From positions 25,172,001-25,236,000 of the forward strand of contig OX597834.1 in NCBI GenBank assembly GCA_951406725.2: a stretch of DNA of 64,000 nt, written 5' to 3'. How positions within the stretch are numbered: the stretch's first letter is position 1; every line of letters starts with the position of its first letter. The position numbers and the translations under genes were made by a program. Below, in pieces: positions 29,855 to 44,242 of this stretch. The notes under the pieces were generated by a model that was not told the DNA's origin, searched no databases, and saw only the letters and a program-made list of their open reading frames with translations. Source of the DNA: Octopus vulgaris (lineage: Eukaryota).

Positions 29855-30022
29855 TATACATATAGACACACAAAGACATACATGAATACTCGACGGTATA
29901 CACGTATATGCACACTAATGTATAATTACGTTTTAGAATGAAGCAAATTCTGTGTAGCAAATATATTTTTTTTTATAGATACTCATAAATATTCATTTAG
30001 CAATCGAATGTATGTGTGTGTG

Positions 30023-30065
<43 letters not shown>

Positions 30066-30068
<3 letters not shown>

Positions 30069-31022
30069 ACTCTGTGATGAGTAAACTGTCACCAATCTAT
30101 ATTTTTAATTTTGCGCATGCGCATTGTTTTGTTGTTTTTTTTACTTTGTCGACTACACCGCATAATAGAGTCAGCTGCGCATCGTCTGTGAGAAAAACAG
30201 CACCATGACAGAATCCACTCTGCCAGAAATTTGGAAACGGCATGCTGTACTGTTTGGCATTTGCACCGGATGCAAACATTTCAGTGCTCGAATGTCAATC
30301 TGAGGACATGCAAAGGATTCGGAAAGGGCTGGCTGAGTTTAATGGTGATTACGAAGGTACGGCAGCTCGGAAAACTCACTCTGGTCGTTCTGATAAGAAA
30401 AGAACTCCTGAATTTGTTGGTGAGAACCAGACCATAATTGACAATGATCCTTCCAAGTCAATCAGATCCATCTCCAGGGACATGGCAGAGTCAGAGTTTC
30501 TTATGAGGCAGGTAGTGCACGAAGACATTCGGCATTTCTCATACAAGATGAGAAAGGGCAAATTTTTATATCGAGCCATCAAAGGCAAGAGAAAAGACCG
30601 CACTACGAAGCTTTTGAACAAACTCAAGCATCCCCTCCAACTGAACATGCTTTGTTTTTTCTTAGACGAGAAAAAAATTCTGCTAGGGTCAGATGGGGAA
30701 CACACAGAGCAACCGCTGGCTCGCTGTGTCCCCAAAACATGTACCGAGAGTGATAAAAATCAAACTTCCAGTCAACATCATGGTGTTTGGAGTGATCACT
30801 AGTGGTGGCGACGTTATGCCTCCAATCATCTTCCCACATGATCTCAGACTCAACACGGAGGCCAACACCAATGCCTGGAGGAAGTATTGCTGCCCTGCGT
30901 CAAGAGGATGGCTGCTGGAAGACTATGTCTGGCAAGAGGACTCTGCGCCATGCCACACAAGCAGGAGAACCCAGTCATCGCTGTCAGACAACTTCTGCTA
31001 TCCTACTATACACCACATTTGG
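30066..31022 (+). mobile_element. Decayed Tc1/mariner-superfamily transposon, maT/DD37D-like, 3'-truncated
   Basis: Frameshifted ORFs 30242-30802 and 30693-31058 give an HTH-like DPSKSIRSISRDM, FFLDEK (first D), NIMVFGVITSGGDVMPP and YVWQEDSAPCHTS (second D). The third catalytic residue is missing, so the spacing cannot be counted. Confidence 0.85.
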
Positions 31023-31273
31023 CAAAAGTGTAGTCGGCCAAACCACAAATTCCTGTAGCGTCCAAATGAAACCCTATTCATTTAACCGTTTTAATCAAAG
31101 CAAGATATATGTGTAGCACATACCAGGGTAAAGGGCAAAGAATCCCTTCAGCACGAGTGACCACGGGAATATACCTAGAAAATTACACTCCGAGGTACAA
31201 GTCCGGGCAAGACTGTTTGGTGGAAGACCAGCTATCGCCATCTCCATACCAGCATCTCCTCTCCACGCCACCA

Positions 31274-31400
<127 letters not shown>

Positions 31401-31444
31401 TATACATATATATACATATAGATAGATAGATAGATAGATAGATA

Positions 31445-31673
31445 TGTGTGTGTTTATGTTTGTGTGTCTGTGTCTGTCGACCCAACATCGCTTGACAACC
31501 GATGGTGGTGTGTTTACACCCTCGTAACTTAACGGTTCGGCAAAAGAGACCGATAGAATAAGTACTAGGTTTACAAAGAATAAGTCCTAAGGTCGATATG
31601 TTCGACTAAAGGCAGTGCTCCAACATGGCCGCAGTCAAATGACTGAAACAAGTAAAAGGATAAAAGAATAAAA

Positions 31674-31676
<3 letters not shown>
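31445..31676 (+). mobile_element. SINE family B, 3' half
   Basis: caacatcgcttgacaaccgat...catggccgcagtcaaatgactgaaacaagtaaaag. Confidence 0.85.
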
Positions 31677-31721
<45 letters not shown>

Positions 31722-32310
31722 AGTTTGAAAACGCCACTATCTTTTAATTTTCTTAGAGCTTTTACATGCTTTGGTTCTTCTTGAAAAAACGAACTTTATC
31801 AAAAATATTTTAAAAAGTTAATTATAATAAAAAAGTTCAAAATTGTTTCTTACTAGTCTCAAAAGAGTCCACGTATTGGTGTTTTGTGGCGGGGGGGCAT
31901 AATGGGTGTCTCGTGCGTTGACTAGATTCGTTGGCTAACACCGGATCTTCTATAGTACAGAGCAAAGATCAATATTACTAGTTTCGTCTACATAAGAAAG
32001 ACCCAGCTTGAGAACAAAGTCATCGAGTAGTAAAACGCTGTTAATTTGGACTGGTTGTGGATACTCAGAGTATATTTTTGCTGATTCCTAGGAGGCTGAC
32101 AGGAAGATGCGTGCTTTGTGGGTCAAAGCATCCGAGACATTCCTTGAGAATAACAACGATGCTGGAAACAGCTGGAAGGTTGTTGAAATTATTATGATAT
32201 CCTGTCGGCATCACATGAAGATACCGCTATGCAAAACAAGTGTGCGTGCGTGCGTGTGTGAATATATGCTCACATTCATACACACACACATACATAAATA
32301 CATACATACA

Positions 32311-32371
<61 letters not shown>

Positions 32372-32482
32372 CTTAGACACCAACATATATACATAAATAT
32401 ATACGTACATATACTTATGTATATATGTAAATATAATATCTACATATGCATGTATTCATGTGTCTATGTATGTATGCATGTA

Positions 32483-32613
<131 letters not shown>

Positions 32614-32943
32614 ATTTATGTATGTATGTATGTATGTATGTATATATGTATGTATGTATGTATACATCGAAAATAGATGAATAGAGGAGAGAGAAAGAAG
32701 GCGAGATGCGTGACTTGAAAACCAACCACTGTAAAATTAACTCCAAAATTATATAATCTAACATCAATAAATCAACAGAAACAACTGCAGCAACAACAAC
32801 AAGAACAACAACAATAACCGGGACTGTGTAATAAAATAGCGAAAGTGACCATATTACTGCCTCGATTCCGTGCCAGATGGAAGGATCAAAATGTGTAAAG
32901 GAAACATGTGTAATAGAAATTCTTGATAATTTCGTCTCGTAAT

Positions 32944-33346
32944 TACTCTTTTACTCTCTTTTACTTGTTTCAGTCATTTGACTGCGGCCATGCTGGAGCA
33001 CCGCCTTTAGTCGAGCAAATCGACCCCGGGACTTATTCTTTGTAAGCCCAGTACTTATTCTATCGGTCTCTTTTGCCGAACCGCTAAGTGATGGGGACAA
33101 TGCTAGGAGGACAAACACAGACACACAGACACACAGACGCACAAACATATACACATACACCCATATATATATACATATATACGACAGGCTTCTTTCAGTT
33201 TCCGTCTACCAAATCCACTCACAAGGCATTGGTCGGCCCGGGGCTATAGCAGAAGACACTTGCCCAAGATGCCACGCAGTGGGACTGAACCCGGAACCAT
33301 GTAGTTGGTTAGCAAGCTACTTACCACACAGCCACTCCTGCGCCTA
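32944..33346 (-). mobile_element. SINE family B with small internal deletion
   Basis: Consensus match. Confidence 0.9.
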
Positions 33347-33473
33347 TTAGATGAAATGTTCATTAATTTCCGAAATGGTTATGCGGCCCGCGCAAGTCAG
33401 TCTCTCAGTCATGAGGCCCGCTATGAAACTAGTTTGGAGACCCGTGGTCTAATTTAATGTAATATATAATGCC

Positions 33474-33648
33474 TGTTGCCGTTACGTTCTGAGTTCAAAT
33501 TCCGCCGAGGTCGACTTTGCCTTTCATCCTTTCGAGGTCGATAAATAAAGTACCAGTTACGCACTGGGGTCGATATAATCGACTTAATCCCTTTGTCTGT
33601 CTTTGTTTGTCCTCTCTGTGTTTAGCCCCTTGTGGGCAATAAAGAAAT
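33474..33648 (+). mobile_element. SINE family A, 5'-truncated
   Basis: gccgttacgttctgagttcaaattccgccgaggtcgac...gccccttgtgggcaataaagaaata. Confidence 0.85.
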
Positions 33649-33907
33649 ATATATAATGCCTGTTTGATACCAAGAAATATTTGAACCAGTGCATCACGGT
33701 TAAATACACCACAAAATATTTCACTATCCTACTATACACCACAATAGACAAAAGTGTCTAATATAGACAATATAGACTGTGACTTCGAAGTTTATACTAG
33801 TACAGGGATTACTGACACAATACCGGTTGATGCTGAGATGAATTTAAATAATACTATCGCTGAAGGAAGTATAAAAATAACAGCAATACTAATAATAATA
33901 CTGATTA

Positions 33908-33954
<47 letters not shown>

Positions 33955-33961
33955 CTCCCGG

Positions 33962-34280
33962 TTGTAGATGTTCGATAAATATGAAAAAAAAAACGTATCA
34001 ATAACCATTTTTCATCTTTTAGATTCAAACATAAAGCTAATACTACGTCTTTATCTAGTAAAATTTGGGAACTAAAAGAAAGTGAAACTGGATTTCGTCT
34101 TAAATGGGATATAATACGGAGAACACAGCCTTTTAGAGATAGTCGATATGGGTGTGAGTTGTGCTCTATAGAAACTTATGAGTTTTTAAGTGTAGGGACA
34201 AGAAAAACCTGATTAAGAATAGATCAGACCTAAGGGTGTCATGCATGCATAGCGTCATCCGTACATTTTAGCATTTTCGA
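33962..34280 (+). mobile_element. Penelope-like element GIY-YIG endonuclease C-terminal fragment (pseudogenised), followed by probable AT-rich 3' UTR
   Basis: KRINNHFSSFRFKHKANTTSLSSKIWELKESETGFRLKWDIIRRTQPFRDSRYGCELCSIETY, then a frameshift to NLIKNRSDLRVSCMH. This matches the PLE C-terminal R..NH..SF / T.LS..IW.LK / W.I+ / CxLC..E / N.R.+....C.H pattern. Confidence 0.8.
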
Positions 34281-35153
34281 AACTAACAATTATAGTTACC
34301 ATACTTGAACTTTGATGGTAGAAATTAATTTTGGGGTCGTATCCGTTGTAAACTTACCCTCCAGTATTAAATATAGAAAAATCATAGGATATTATGTTAT
34401 ATGAGGAATAATATTGCATTACATATGTTATATGCTAAGTGTTGTCGTATGTGGTGTACTATATGTAATATTATCCCATGATAACTCCTGCCTAGTTAGT
34501 CTGTTTTGGTGATTACACTATTTCTCTTTATATGTTGTTCTAACCTACTGATCATATTATGTATATTTGTAGTGACTTTATGTAAGTAAGTCTCCTTTCG
34601 ACTAAATCATATCCACCGTAGAAACTGTAAAATCATACATACAATAACACCTGTAACATTACAACCTATAAAATCTCCTTTAACTGCCCTCTCTACTTCC
34701 ATACCTATTACCTACTCTTTTCGGGTTACCTTTATCTTTTCCTTGCCTCTAATTTTAATCTCCTGTCTCTTTATATGTAAGTTATATGTAAATTATATGT
34801 ATTTCTTATTATTTTCTATAATTCTTATTTTGTTTTCTTATTTTGATATCCTTACTTATTAACTTCTTCTCCCTAATAAATTGCTATTTTTCATGTTCTT
34901 AAATTGATGTTTTTCATTTACTTAAGACTATGCGAGATATTCATACATTATCTATATAAGCGTATAAATATTTGTGTATGTGTATATATGCATATATGCA
35001 CATATATGTGTGTGCGCATATCTGTATGCATTTTTGCACTTTTATGATTCATGGCTTAAAATTAATAGATAGCATGTATTTCTTTCCAGTTATTCCATAT
35101 GTAAATTCCTTGAGCAGCCTTTATAGAAACTACCTAATTAGTAATTAATTAAG

Positions 35154-35240
35154 TACGAGGGTGAATCAAAAAGTAAGGCCATTTTGTTTAGGGCAGGTAC
35201 AATTACCAACGCAGGAACATGTATCATACATTAAAATCTC
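35154..35240 (+). mobile_element. Mariner-type terminal inverted repeat remnant
   Basis: Starts tacgagggtgaatcaaaaagtaa, typical of mariner ends; no partner end seen. Confidence 0.4.
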
Positions 35241-35495
35241 TTGACCAGAGATCAGGTGTACTCTCTAACTGTCCTCATCAGACGCTGATTCTTCCTGATA
35301 GCTTTTAGATGCTTGAAAGCTTGAGACTCACGGACACAGATTCATATCCGCAGATACTATCTTTTGTTGCAGTTGGCCCTTGTTGACAAGAAATTTGGCT
35401 AGGCGGTTTCCTTTTGCGCAATGGTAATCCTGTTACACTTGGCCTAAAACTCAGTTAACAATGTGAATCGCCTGACGAATAAGAATCGTGTCCTA

Positions 35496-35910
35496 TTTCT
35501 TTACTACCCACAAGGGGCTAGACACAGATAGGACAAACAAGGACAGACAAACGGATTAAGTCGATTATATCGACCCCAGTGCACAACTTGTACTTATTTA
35601 ATCGACCTCGAAAGGATGAAAGTGAAAGTCGTCCTCGGCGGAATTTGAACACAGAAAGTAGCGGCAGACGAAATACCTATTTCTTTACTACCCACAAGGG
35701 GCTAAACACAGAGGGGACAAACAAGGACAGACAAACGGATTAAGTCGATTATATCGATCCCAGTGCGTAACTGGTACTTATTTAATCGACCCCGAAAGGA
35801 TGAAAGGCAAAGTCGTCCTCGGCGGAATTTGAACTCAGAACGTAACGGCAGACGAAATACCGCTAAGCATTTCGCCCGGCGTCCTAACGTTTCTGCCAGC
35901 TCGCCGCCTT
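35496..35910 (-). mobile_element. SINE family A, 1.5-mer with 17-bp TSD
   Basis: ataagaatcgtgtccta at 35479-35495 and 35911-35927 encloses both units. Confidence 0.9.
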
Positions 35911-36649
35911 ATAAGAATCGTGTCCTACCGAGTACTGTACGAAGGACACACCTATGTTATCTCTATATAGCCTGATTAATGACACCTGGTTGTTCCAAAT
36001 ATCAATCACTGACTAAGAATGAGCTGAATCATCAACTGATTCCCAGTAGAAACTCTACGACATATAGTGAGTGTTTATTACTTTCGTTATAAACATAAAT
36101 GTATAAAAATTGTAATATATTCATATATGTATGTATGCATGTTTGTATGTATGTATGTATGTATGTATGTATGCATGTTTGTATGTATGTATGTATGTAT
36201 GTATGTATGTATGTATGTATGCATGGTTGTATGTATGTATGTATGTGTGTGTGTGCGGTTGTGTGTGTACGTGTGTATACAGACTATAGTAAGTATCAAG
36301 TTTATATCCATTAAGTGGAACATAGATAAGAATATTATTAAATAAAACGAATAATTAGAGAAAGATATCACGTGATCAGTAATTAGATTCAACACCATTT
36401 TAGCTTGGCATACACGAATGAGAATATGCATGCGCACGCGCGCACACACACACACACGAATACATATATATGAATATACATACAAAACATTATGTTTATC
36501 TATATAGTTATTCACCCCTCTTTTCTCTCTTTTCCACATCGTCTATCTCTTGCACTTTATGAACATACATACATACATGCATACATGCATACATACATAC
36601 ATACATACATACATACATGCATACATACATACATACATACATACATACA

Positions 36650-36683
<34 letters not shown>

Positions 36684-36809
36684 CATGCATACATGCATAC
36701 ATACATAAATACATACATACATGCATACATACATGCATACATAAATATATATATGGATGCGTGTGTGTACATATATACATGTATATATGTACGTATATAA
36801 GTATGTATG

Positions 36810-36852
<43 letters not shown>

Positions 36853-37468
36853 GCATGTATATATATATGTGTGTGTGTATATGTATGTATACAGACACAC
36901 ACGTACATAATCACATTTTAATACATTATTCATAAGTCATATTTAACACACTATCATATGCATACACAATATAATATATATATATATATTTATACACACA
37001 TTCACATACGAATCTGCTTTGTGTGTGTGTATGTATGTATGTATATGTATGCATTATGCCTCTGTGTGTGTATGGTGTGTGTGTGAGAGAGTGTGTGTTT
37101 GTGTGTATGTCTATGCGTGTGATGATGCGTACGACTGTGTGATAGTTCATGTACTCACACACTCTTAGATGTGTGTAGCTGAATCGAATTCCATTGCTTA
37201 AAAATCTAAACACAACATATAAACACTAATCAGAGCTCACTACGAGCTTAATCTACAATAAATTTTGAATTTAATTATATTTTCAGAGTGACAGAAAAAT
37301 ATAAATGAACCTGAAAAATAATATATTTTTAATGTGAACTCAAAGAATGGTTATGAAAATTAGTGGAGGCAGCGTTTTAGAAGGTGGAGATCCAAAGTAA
37401 AACATGGCTGCTAGACACTAACCAAGTGATTCCATGTCCACTTCGTCTTGCAAGTGTCTTTATAACCT

Positions 37469-37514
<46 letters not shown>

Positions 37515-37559
37515 CAAATTTTTTTTTTTTAAACAGACAGAATTTTATGTTTATTACCA

Positions 37560-37969
37560 AAACAAATAGATTTATAAATCTTACGTCAAAACTTTTATTG
37601 AAAATTTTCAACATGTCTGTATCCCAGCATACTTCAAATCTCACCTTAGCGTTGTGAAACACATTTTGAAGCATTTCAGGTGTTATATCCTACACTGCTA
37701 ACTGAATGTGTTCTTTATGCTCAGCTAAACAATTGCTCCATCTTGGGAATGGAGGTAAAGGGAATGGTTGCTGCCAAATTGAAGAAAAGCTGTTATGGAC
37801 AAATAAAAGGACTCCAACAAGGAATGAGAATAAAAGTATAAACAAAACTCAGAATTTATACACTTTTAACAATTATTGAACATGTTAAACATAGATAAAA
37901 GTGAGTTTTAAAAAAAAAATGCATCCGATTTCACTCAAATCATCATCATTAATTATGAAACACCCTGTA
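37560..37969 (-). mobile_element. Internally deleted Tc1/mariner-superfamily remnant
   Basis: TIR-like tacagggtgtttca at 37969 on the minus strand, plus a C-terminal-like DITPEMLQNVFHNAKVRFEVC. Confidence 0.55.
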
Positions 37970-38757
37970 TTTACTCGTCCGACTAAACGGGAGAGGAAAT
38001 TAGCACCCCCCCCCCATCGCCCTATACAGTAGCGAGCATAGCTTCCGGAAGTGGTCACGCGGTCAAACTTAAACGGCTGTGAGTCACAAGAGCAGTTTTG
38101 TTTTTTTGTTTTTTTTTAATGAACCTTTTGCATTATAAAGTTCAGACATGGATGACATACAAAGCAAACATGCGGCCGGGCACAAAATTAGAAATGTGAT
38201 ATTTCAACAGGGCACTTTTGGAGAATGGATGAATGGGTTTATTGTGCCTTTACTCAGCTGCACACAAACGCGCGCACATAGCCCGGTGGTGCACGGGATG
38301 GTAACATGAAGCATCAACAGGGAACCAACAAAAATTTTAATGTTCTTCTCATTTCCTCTGCCAAATTGGACAAAAAGGTTTTCATGAAATATACGCTACT
38401 TATAATGCGTAAGTAGTGTCAATATTTTATCGCTGGAAAATGGCCTAAAACAAAGATAGAAACCCAGTGCAGTATACTCAAATCTGATTAATCTGCATTT
38501 CTGGGGATGGACATTTTTTGTTTTTAGTCAACAGTATTTGAAAGAGTCTGATTTAATGTTTGTTGCAAATTTGGAGGAAAGCGACTGGATACTCTTCCAG
38601 TTACGAGCCTTAATGCTGCAAAAATGCTTTTAAAATGCGGTTTATCTGCTCCTGGGCCCGCATAAGATAAGAAGTTGAAAATTCTTTTGGCCTATGACAC
38701 TCTATAGACCCTATGTAATGCATGTGTAAAATTTCATTAAAATCATATATACATAAA

Positions 38758-38813
<56 letters not shown>

Positions 38814-38902
38814 ATTACACACACGCACACTGATAGATAGGTATATAGAATGACAGACAGACAGACAGACAAACACACAGATAGATAGATAGGTAGACAC
38901 AC

Positions 38903-38994
<92 letters not shown>

Positions 38995-39084
38995 GATGCA
39001 CAACGGGGCATAAATCAGAACTGAAACAAATATAAACATCACAAAGCCTCCCTGCGTGTGACGAATGTAAACCCTTTCTTTCAG

Positions 39085-39124
39085 ACCTGTTGTACGGAAA
39101 TATTGATAAGTGGAAAGAAACAGC
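39085..39124 (+). other. Candidate 40-nt internal exon of an unknown plus-strand transcript
   Basis: ccctttctttcag|ACCTG...ACAGC|gtgagt, with strong acceptor and donor in unique sequence. One frame is open (xLLYGNIDKWKETA). Confidence 0.3.
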
Positions 39125-39365
39125 GTGAGTTTGCTCTGAGGGTCAGTTTACAAACTTTGAAACGGTCCGTCAAAGACTCCCTTCCTTCCACATCAATAGT
39201 ATAAATGAATATATTAACTTTCATGTTTAATTCATAGCGTTTTTAGTGAGGAGGGGGAGATATGCATATGTGTGCTTGTGTGTCGTGGGTGTGTGTACGC
39301 GTATGTTTGTGTATCTGTAAATGTATGTAGGAGTGAGTGTGCGGGTATGTATTGTATGTGTACTG

Positions 39366-39424
<59 letters not shown>

Positions 39425-40368
39425 AAGTGTGAGTGTGTAGGTATTTGTGAAAGTGTTTGTGTCTGTTGGTGTGAATGCAGGTTGCTACGAGGGTGCGCGT
39501 GGGTAGGATGTGTGCATATTTATACACATACACACACAAACATATATGTATATATATGCATATATATATACGTGCATATATATATAAATATAGTGTTTCA
39601 TATATATATATATGCATAGATACACACATACATTCACATACAAATATATATACACATATACATACACAGAAATGCACACATACATACACATATACGTAAG
39701 TACTTATACATACACACACACATATATACACACATATATATATATATACGTACATACATATGTTTTTCTTTGCACATCTCAATAAAACTTTGCTACGTTT
39801 TATTTATCTATTTTTCTTGTTTCATTTAAATATTTTCCTTTTTACGTGTTATCATTTCTTCTAATTAAAACATATTCACAATTAATGCGAGACACAATTT
39901 TTCTTTGGTTTTATCACGTTTTTCTTCTATTTTTCTTTTTTTTTTTTCTTATTCCGGTCTCGTCTTTTATCTTTTCCTTCGCCACCATGTTTTTCCAACA
40001 CGCAGCTCTATTTTTCTTTTCTTCGCTATTTCCTCCGACATCTACCTATGTATCGATAACAATAATGGAAGTTAGATTCGTAGAGGAAACAGACCAAAAT
40101 ATGTTGTTATTTTTCTTTTAATCAGTCGTCTAAAACATTTATAATGGCAGTGAATCGATAGAATTGGTGGAGCGCTACACTAAATATTGTGTAGCATTTT
40201 CTTATTGCCATCTTTGTCTTCTTTTAGGCGGCGGAGTTGGTGGTTAACATGAAGTACCAGACATGTACTGAGGCTAATGTAATTGAAATATGTGGCATTG
40301 TGTGTCTGTAAGAAGGCCATATTAAACACGAAAATAGCAGTTCGAAATAAATTAATAGATAAATAAAT

Positions 40369-40408
<40 letters not shown>

Positions 40409-40584
40409 CTGTGTATGTGTCTGTGTCTGTGTGTGTGTGTGTGTGTCTGTGTGTGTGTGTCTCTGTGTGTGTGTGTGTGTGTGTGTGTGTCTGTGTCTGT
40501 GTGTCTGTGTCTGTGTCTGTGTCTGTGTTTGCCTGTATGTGTCTGTGTGTGTATGTGTGTGTGTGTCTGTGTGTGTGTGTGTGT

Positions 40585-40622
<38 letters not shown>

Positions 40623-41138
40623 GTGTGTGTGAATACCATTGTGGAACAGATATGTCGTTGGAGTAGTGTCTCAAGTAACTGTTAGTTCTTGTCTGCCTGA
40701 AGAATCTCTAAAGAATTTGTCTGAAGAACCTGTTAGCTTTTGTTATATCGAATCCTATAAGAATTATTCTGCTTATTCTTACATACATTCGTTGGAGTTA
40801 CCTTTTAAGCATCTACGGAACCAAATCGAAGCCTTTATCGATATCTTGACCTGTGTGCAACTTGGGGACCTATGGCAGACCTGTTGCAAACATTCGAGTG
40901 AGGGCTCCGGTTTAAAGATACACTCTCCCTTCCTTACACAAGTTACAGAAGTCCCACAAAGGATCATGGGTAGTCCCATTTCTCTTCAATAAACGAAAAA
41001 GCAAATCTGTGATATTGAGCGGAATATCTGTTGTCGCCCATCTTTTATACCAAAACAAAATAATGAACATGATAACACTTCCAATTAGTTAAGATCAGAA
41101 GACATGAGAGTCACTGTCTGGAACTCCATCAGAGCATA

Positions 41139-41141
<3 letters not shown>

Positions 41142-41214
<73 letters not shown>

Positions 41215-42260
41215 GTAAATCTCAGATAGGTGTTAAAAGGTTCACACATTTCAGTTAAGGGGCAGTCAACAACAAGTTGACAAAGGCTCCATACAGTTTC
41301 CTCTCCTGTGCCTTACATAGACTTTCTTTAAAATCTTTGTTATACCAAGAATCGCTGTCTTCTGCATAAACTTTGATTTTATTTACAATCGTCGAAACTG
41401 TCCGATATTCATCTCAATGCTCCAATCGCCACTGGAATCACTAAAACCTTTATCCCCAACAACTTTTGCCGACTTTCTCCTTCAATTGCTCATTCTTCTC
41501 CATCATTTCATGCTCTTTATCTTTCACTCCACTATGTCCTGTGATAGAGATATCGATAATTTGGACCTCTTTTTCTTTCATGTTCACAACTACAATGTCT
41601 GGCCTGCTTGCTTCAATCATTTTATCACATTGAATAGTGAAGTCCCATGAAAGCTTAGATTTGTCATTCTCTAACATTTCAATGTGCTGAATCCTCTAAC
41701 TTTTGACATGATATTACCCTTTTCATTTTAAGGTGCCAAACTAGGTTGCTTTCTTCGCTTTTGACACAATTTTTCAAATTTAATACTACGCTACCTCATT
41801 TCTTTCTTTCAATATAAAGTCCTCCAACATCACTCCTTGGATGGAGTTCTCTATGCACTGTCATCAATTTCTTAGCTTTTCAATCAATACTTTCCAATTC
41901 GTCTTTCCTCCATTTAATAACTCCCGCCCCGTCGCGTATGAGGGACACAACCCATGTATTCGTTGCCTTGATCGTATTCCTTCCAATAAGACGACATTAC
42001 AAGTCTCACCCGCTTGCGATATTCTTTTTATAACATCTTCATTTCTTTCTCTTTAATCTTATCCAACTCAAAGACTTCCAAACGCTTGTATAGTTCCTCC
42101 CCTACTTCTTGAATAGTCTAGCCAATCAGTTTACCCTTTGCTAGTTTTCCATTCTTTAGGCTTAGAACGTTACATTTTTTATCCTAAACTCCCAATATTC
42201 TGTCATTTTCGTCCTCATCATTAAATAGCTTTAAATCATTCATGAATAACTTGCGTGTAT
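41142..42260 (-). mobile_element. Decayed R4/Dong-like non-LTR retrotransposon (RT plus restriction-like endonuclease) ending at (TAA)n
   Basis: Minus strand WDFTIQCDKMIEASRPDIVVVNMKEKEVQIIDISI..KDKEHEMMEK carries the RLE PD..D motif. RT-region remnants KEYRKRVRLV and ATNTWVVSLIR lie at ~41930-42040. The (TAA)n tract is at 41142-41213. Confidence 0.8.
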
Positions 42261-42340
42261 GTCTGTATATGTGTGCTTGCACTTGTAAACTCTTTGTTCT
42301 TGTTGCTCAGTTTCATCAACACACATATACACATTTGTCT

Positions 42341-42723
42341 GTGGAGGCGCAATGGCCCAGTGGTTAGGGCAGCGGACTCGCGGTCATAGGATCGCGGTTT
42401 CGATTCCCAGACCGGGCGTTGTGAGTGCTTATTGAGCGAAAACACCTAAAAAGCTCCACGAAGCTCCGGCAGGGGATGGTGGTGATCCCTGCTGTACTCT
42501 TTCACCACAACTTTCTCTCACTCTTACTTCCTGTTTCTGTTGTACCTGTATTTCAAGGGGCCGGCCTTGTCACTCTCTGTGTCACGCTGAATATCCCCAA
42601 GAACTACGTTAAGGGTGCACGTGTCTGTGGAGTGCTCAGCCACTTACACGTTAATTTCACGAGCAGGCTGTTCCGTTGATTCGGATCAACCGGAACCCTC
42701 GTCGTCGTAACTTGTCCATCCCC
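42341..42723 (+). mobile_element. SINE family C (tRNA-derived head) with 12-bp TSD
   Basis: Head gtggaggcgcaatggcccagtggttagggcagcggactcgcgg...ggtttcgattccc (A/B boxes). acacatttgtct lies at 42329-42340 and 42724-42735. Confidence 0.85.
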
Positions 42724-43049
42724 ACACATTTGTCTTTCTTAATTTATTCCAAGAACAATTCTTTCTCTCTCATCTTTGAAGCTCAGTTTTCTATTTTAAT
42801 GTTTTGAAAGCTTTCCTTGATACTCTTTACCAATTTTCTTTGTACAATTTGCTTAGATACTGAACAATCAATCTAGAGAGTTTTAATAAATTCTTTCTTT
42901 TCCTATAGATTTTATCTATATTATCTTCCTTAGATCTGGTTTATTAAGCCTTCATGTTAATTACCTGTCCAATATTCTAGGTTTAACTTTTCATTCTCAA
43001 ATGCGATTAATAGCTGTGTTATAACTAGTATTTAATATTAATACTTGTT

Positions 43050-43450
43050 AAGGCGGCAAACTGGTAGAATCGTTAGCAGGCCGGGCAAAATGCTTAGCGG
43101 TATTTCGTCTGCCGCTATGTTCTGAGTTCAAATTCCACCGAGGTCGACTTTGCCTTTCATCCTTTCGGGGTCGATTAAATAAGTACCAGTTACGCACCGG
43201 GGTCGATATAATCGACTTAATCCGTTTGTCTGTCCTTGTTTGTCCTGTCTGTGTTTAGCCCCTTGTGGGTAGTAAAGAAATGGGTATTTCGTCCGTCTTT
43301 TTACGTTCTGAGTTCAAATTCCACCGAGGTTGACTTTACCTTTCATCCTTTCGGGGCCAACTTCAGTTGAATACTGGGGTCGATAGTATCGACTATCCCC
43401 CCCCCCCCGCCCTCGCCCAAATTGCTGACCTTGTGTCAAAATATGAAATC
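43050..43450 (+). mobile_element. SINE family A, full unit followed by a partial second unit
   Basis: Head aaggcggcaaactggtagaatcgttagc; the second unit begins near 43283. Confidence 0.85.
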
Positions 43451-43775
43451 AATATTAAAGAAATAGATTTTATGGTCGTTCCATCTCAATATCAATTGAT
43501 TTCAAGCTTATCTAAAGATCTCATCTGGGTATTTCCTGCTGGTTACTACTGTAGATAATTTATTGTAAAATGAATTGCTATTTAAGTAATGCTAATTAAA
43601 ATAGCCTTTCTGAGCTGAAATCAAGTCTTTGAAGAATCAGTATTTCAATCAACTTCCGTGTCTGTTTAAAATGCAACTTCTCTTTGGTTCAGTTTGAACT
43701 TTTTTTATGTGAAAATATCAAATGTTTCTCTTGACTTTTCTGATTTTTCTTCTCTCTATCACTCTCTCTCTCTCC

Positions 43776-43827
<52 letters not shown>

Positions 43828-43905
43828 GTATATATATATATATAAATATATATATAAAATTAGAAAAAAAAACCCACCTTTTATCAATTCAAAATGAACA
43901 ATTAA

Positions 43906-44122
43906 ATTACACCATCTAGAAAATTACATATAATAGAAAAATTAAAATTAAAATTAAAATAACAATAAAGTGTCAATGATTAAGTAAATTGCAAAAACAT
44001 AATAAAAACGTATATAATTTTTATTATGTTTTTATTATTTTTCTGCTATTTACTTAATCATTGCCATTTTATTGTTATTTTGATTTTAATATTTCTATTA
44101 TATGTAAATTTCTAGATGGTGA
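43906..44122. repeat. Diverged AT-rich fold-back
   Basis: caccatctagaaaattacatataatagaaa...aatgattaagtaaat vs atttacttaatcatt...tttctattatatgtaaatttctagatggtg. Confidence 0.75.
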
Positions 44123-44242
44123 ATTTTATCAACCTTTGCTACATAGTCGCTCCTGAGTGATAATAATTAGTGATTCGGTCCCACGTTCAGGTTTCTATTC
44201 GACAGCCATAACCAGCATTCTTCCTACACCCTCCTTTTGTTG

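Noticed and set aside
42341-42420. tRNA-like sequence
   Set aside because: It is the head of a TSD-flanked SINE and the acceptor and anticodon stems are imperfect; not called a tRNA gene.
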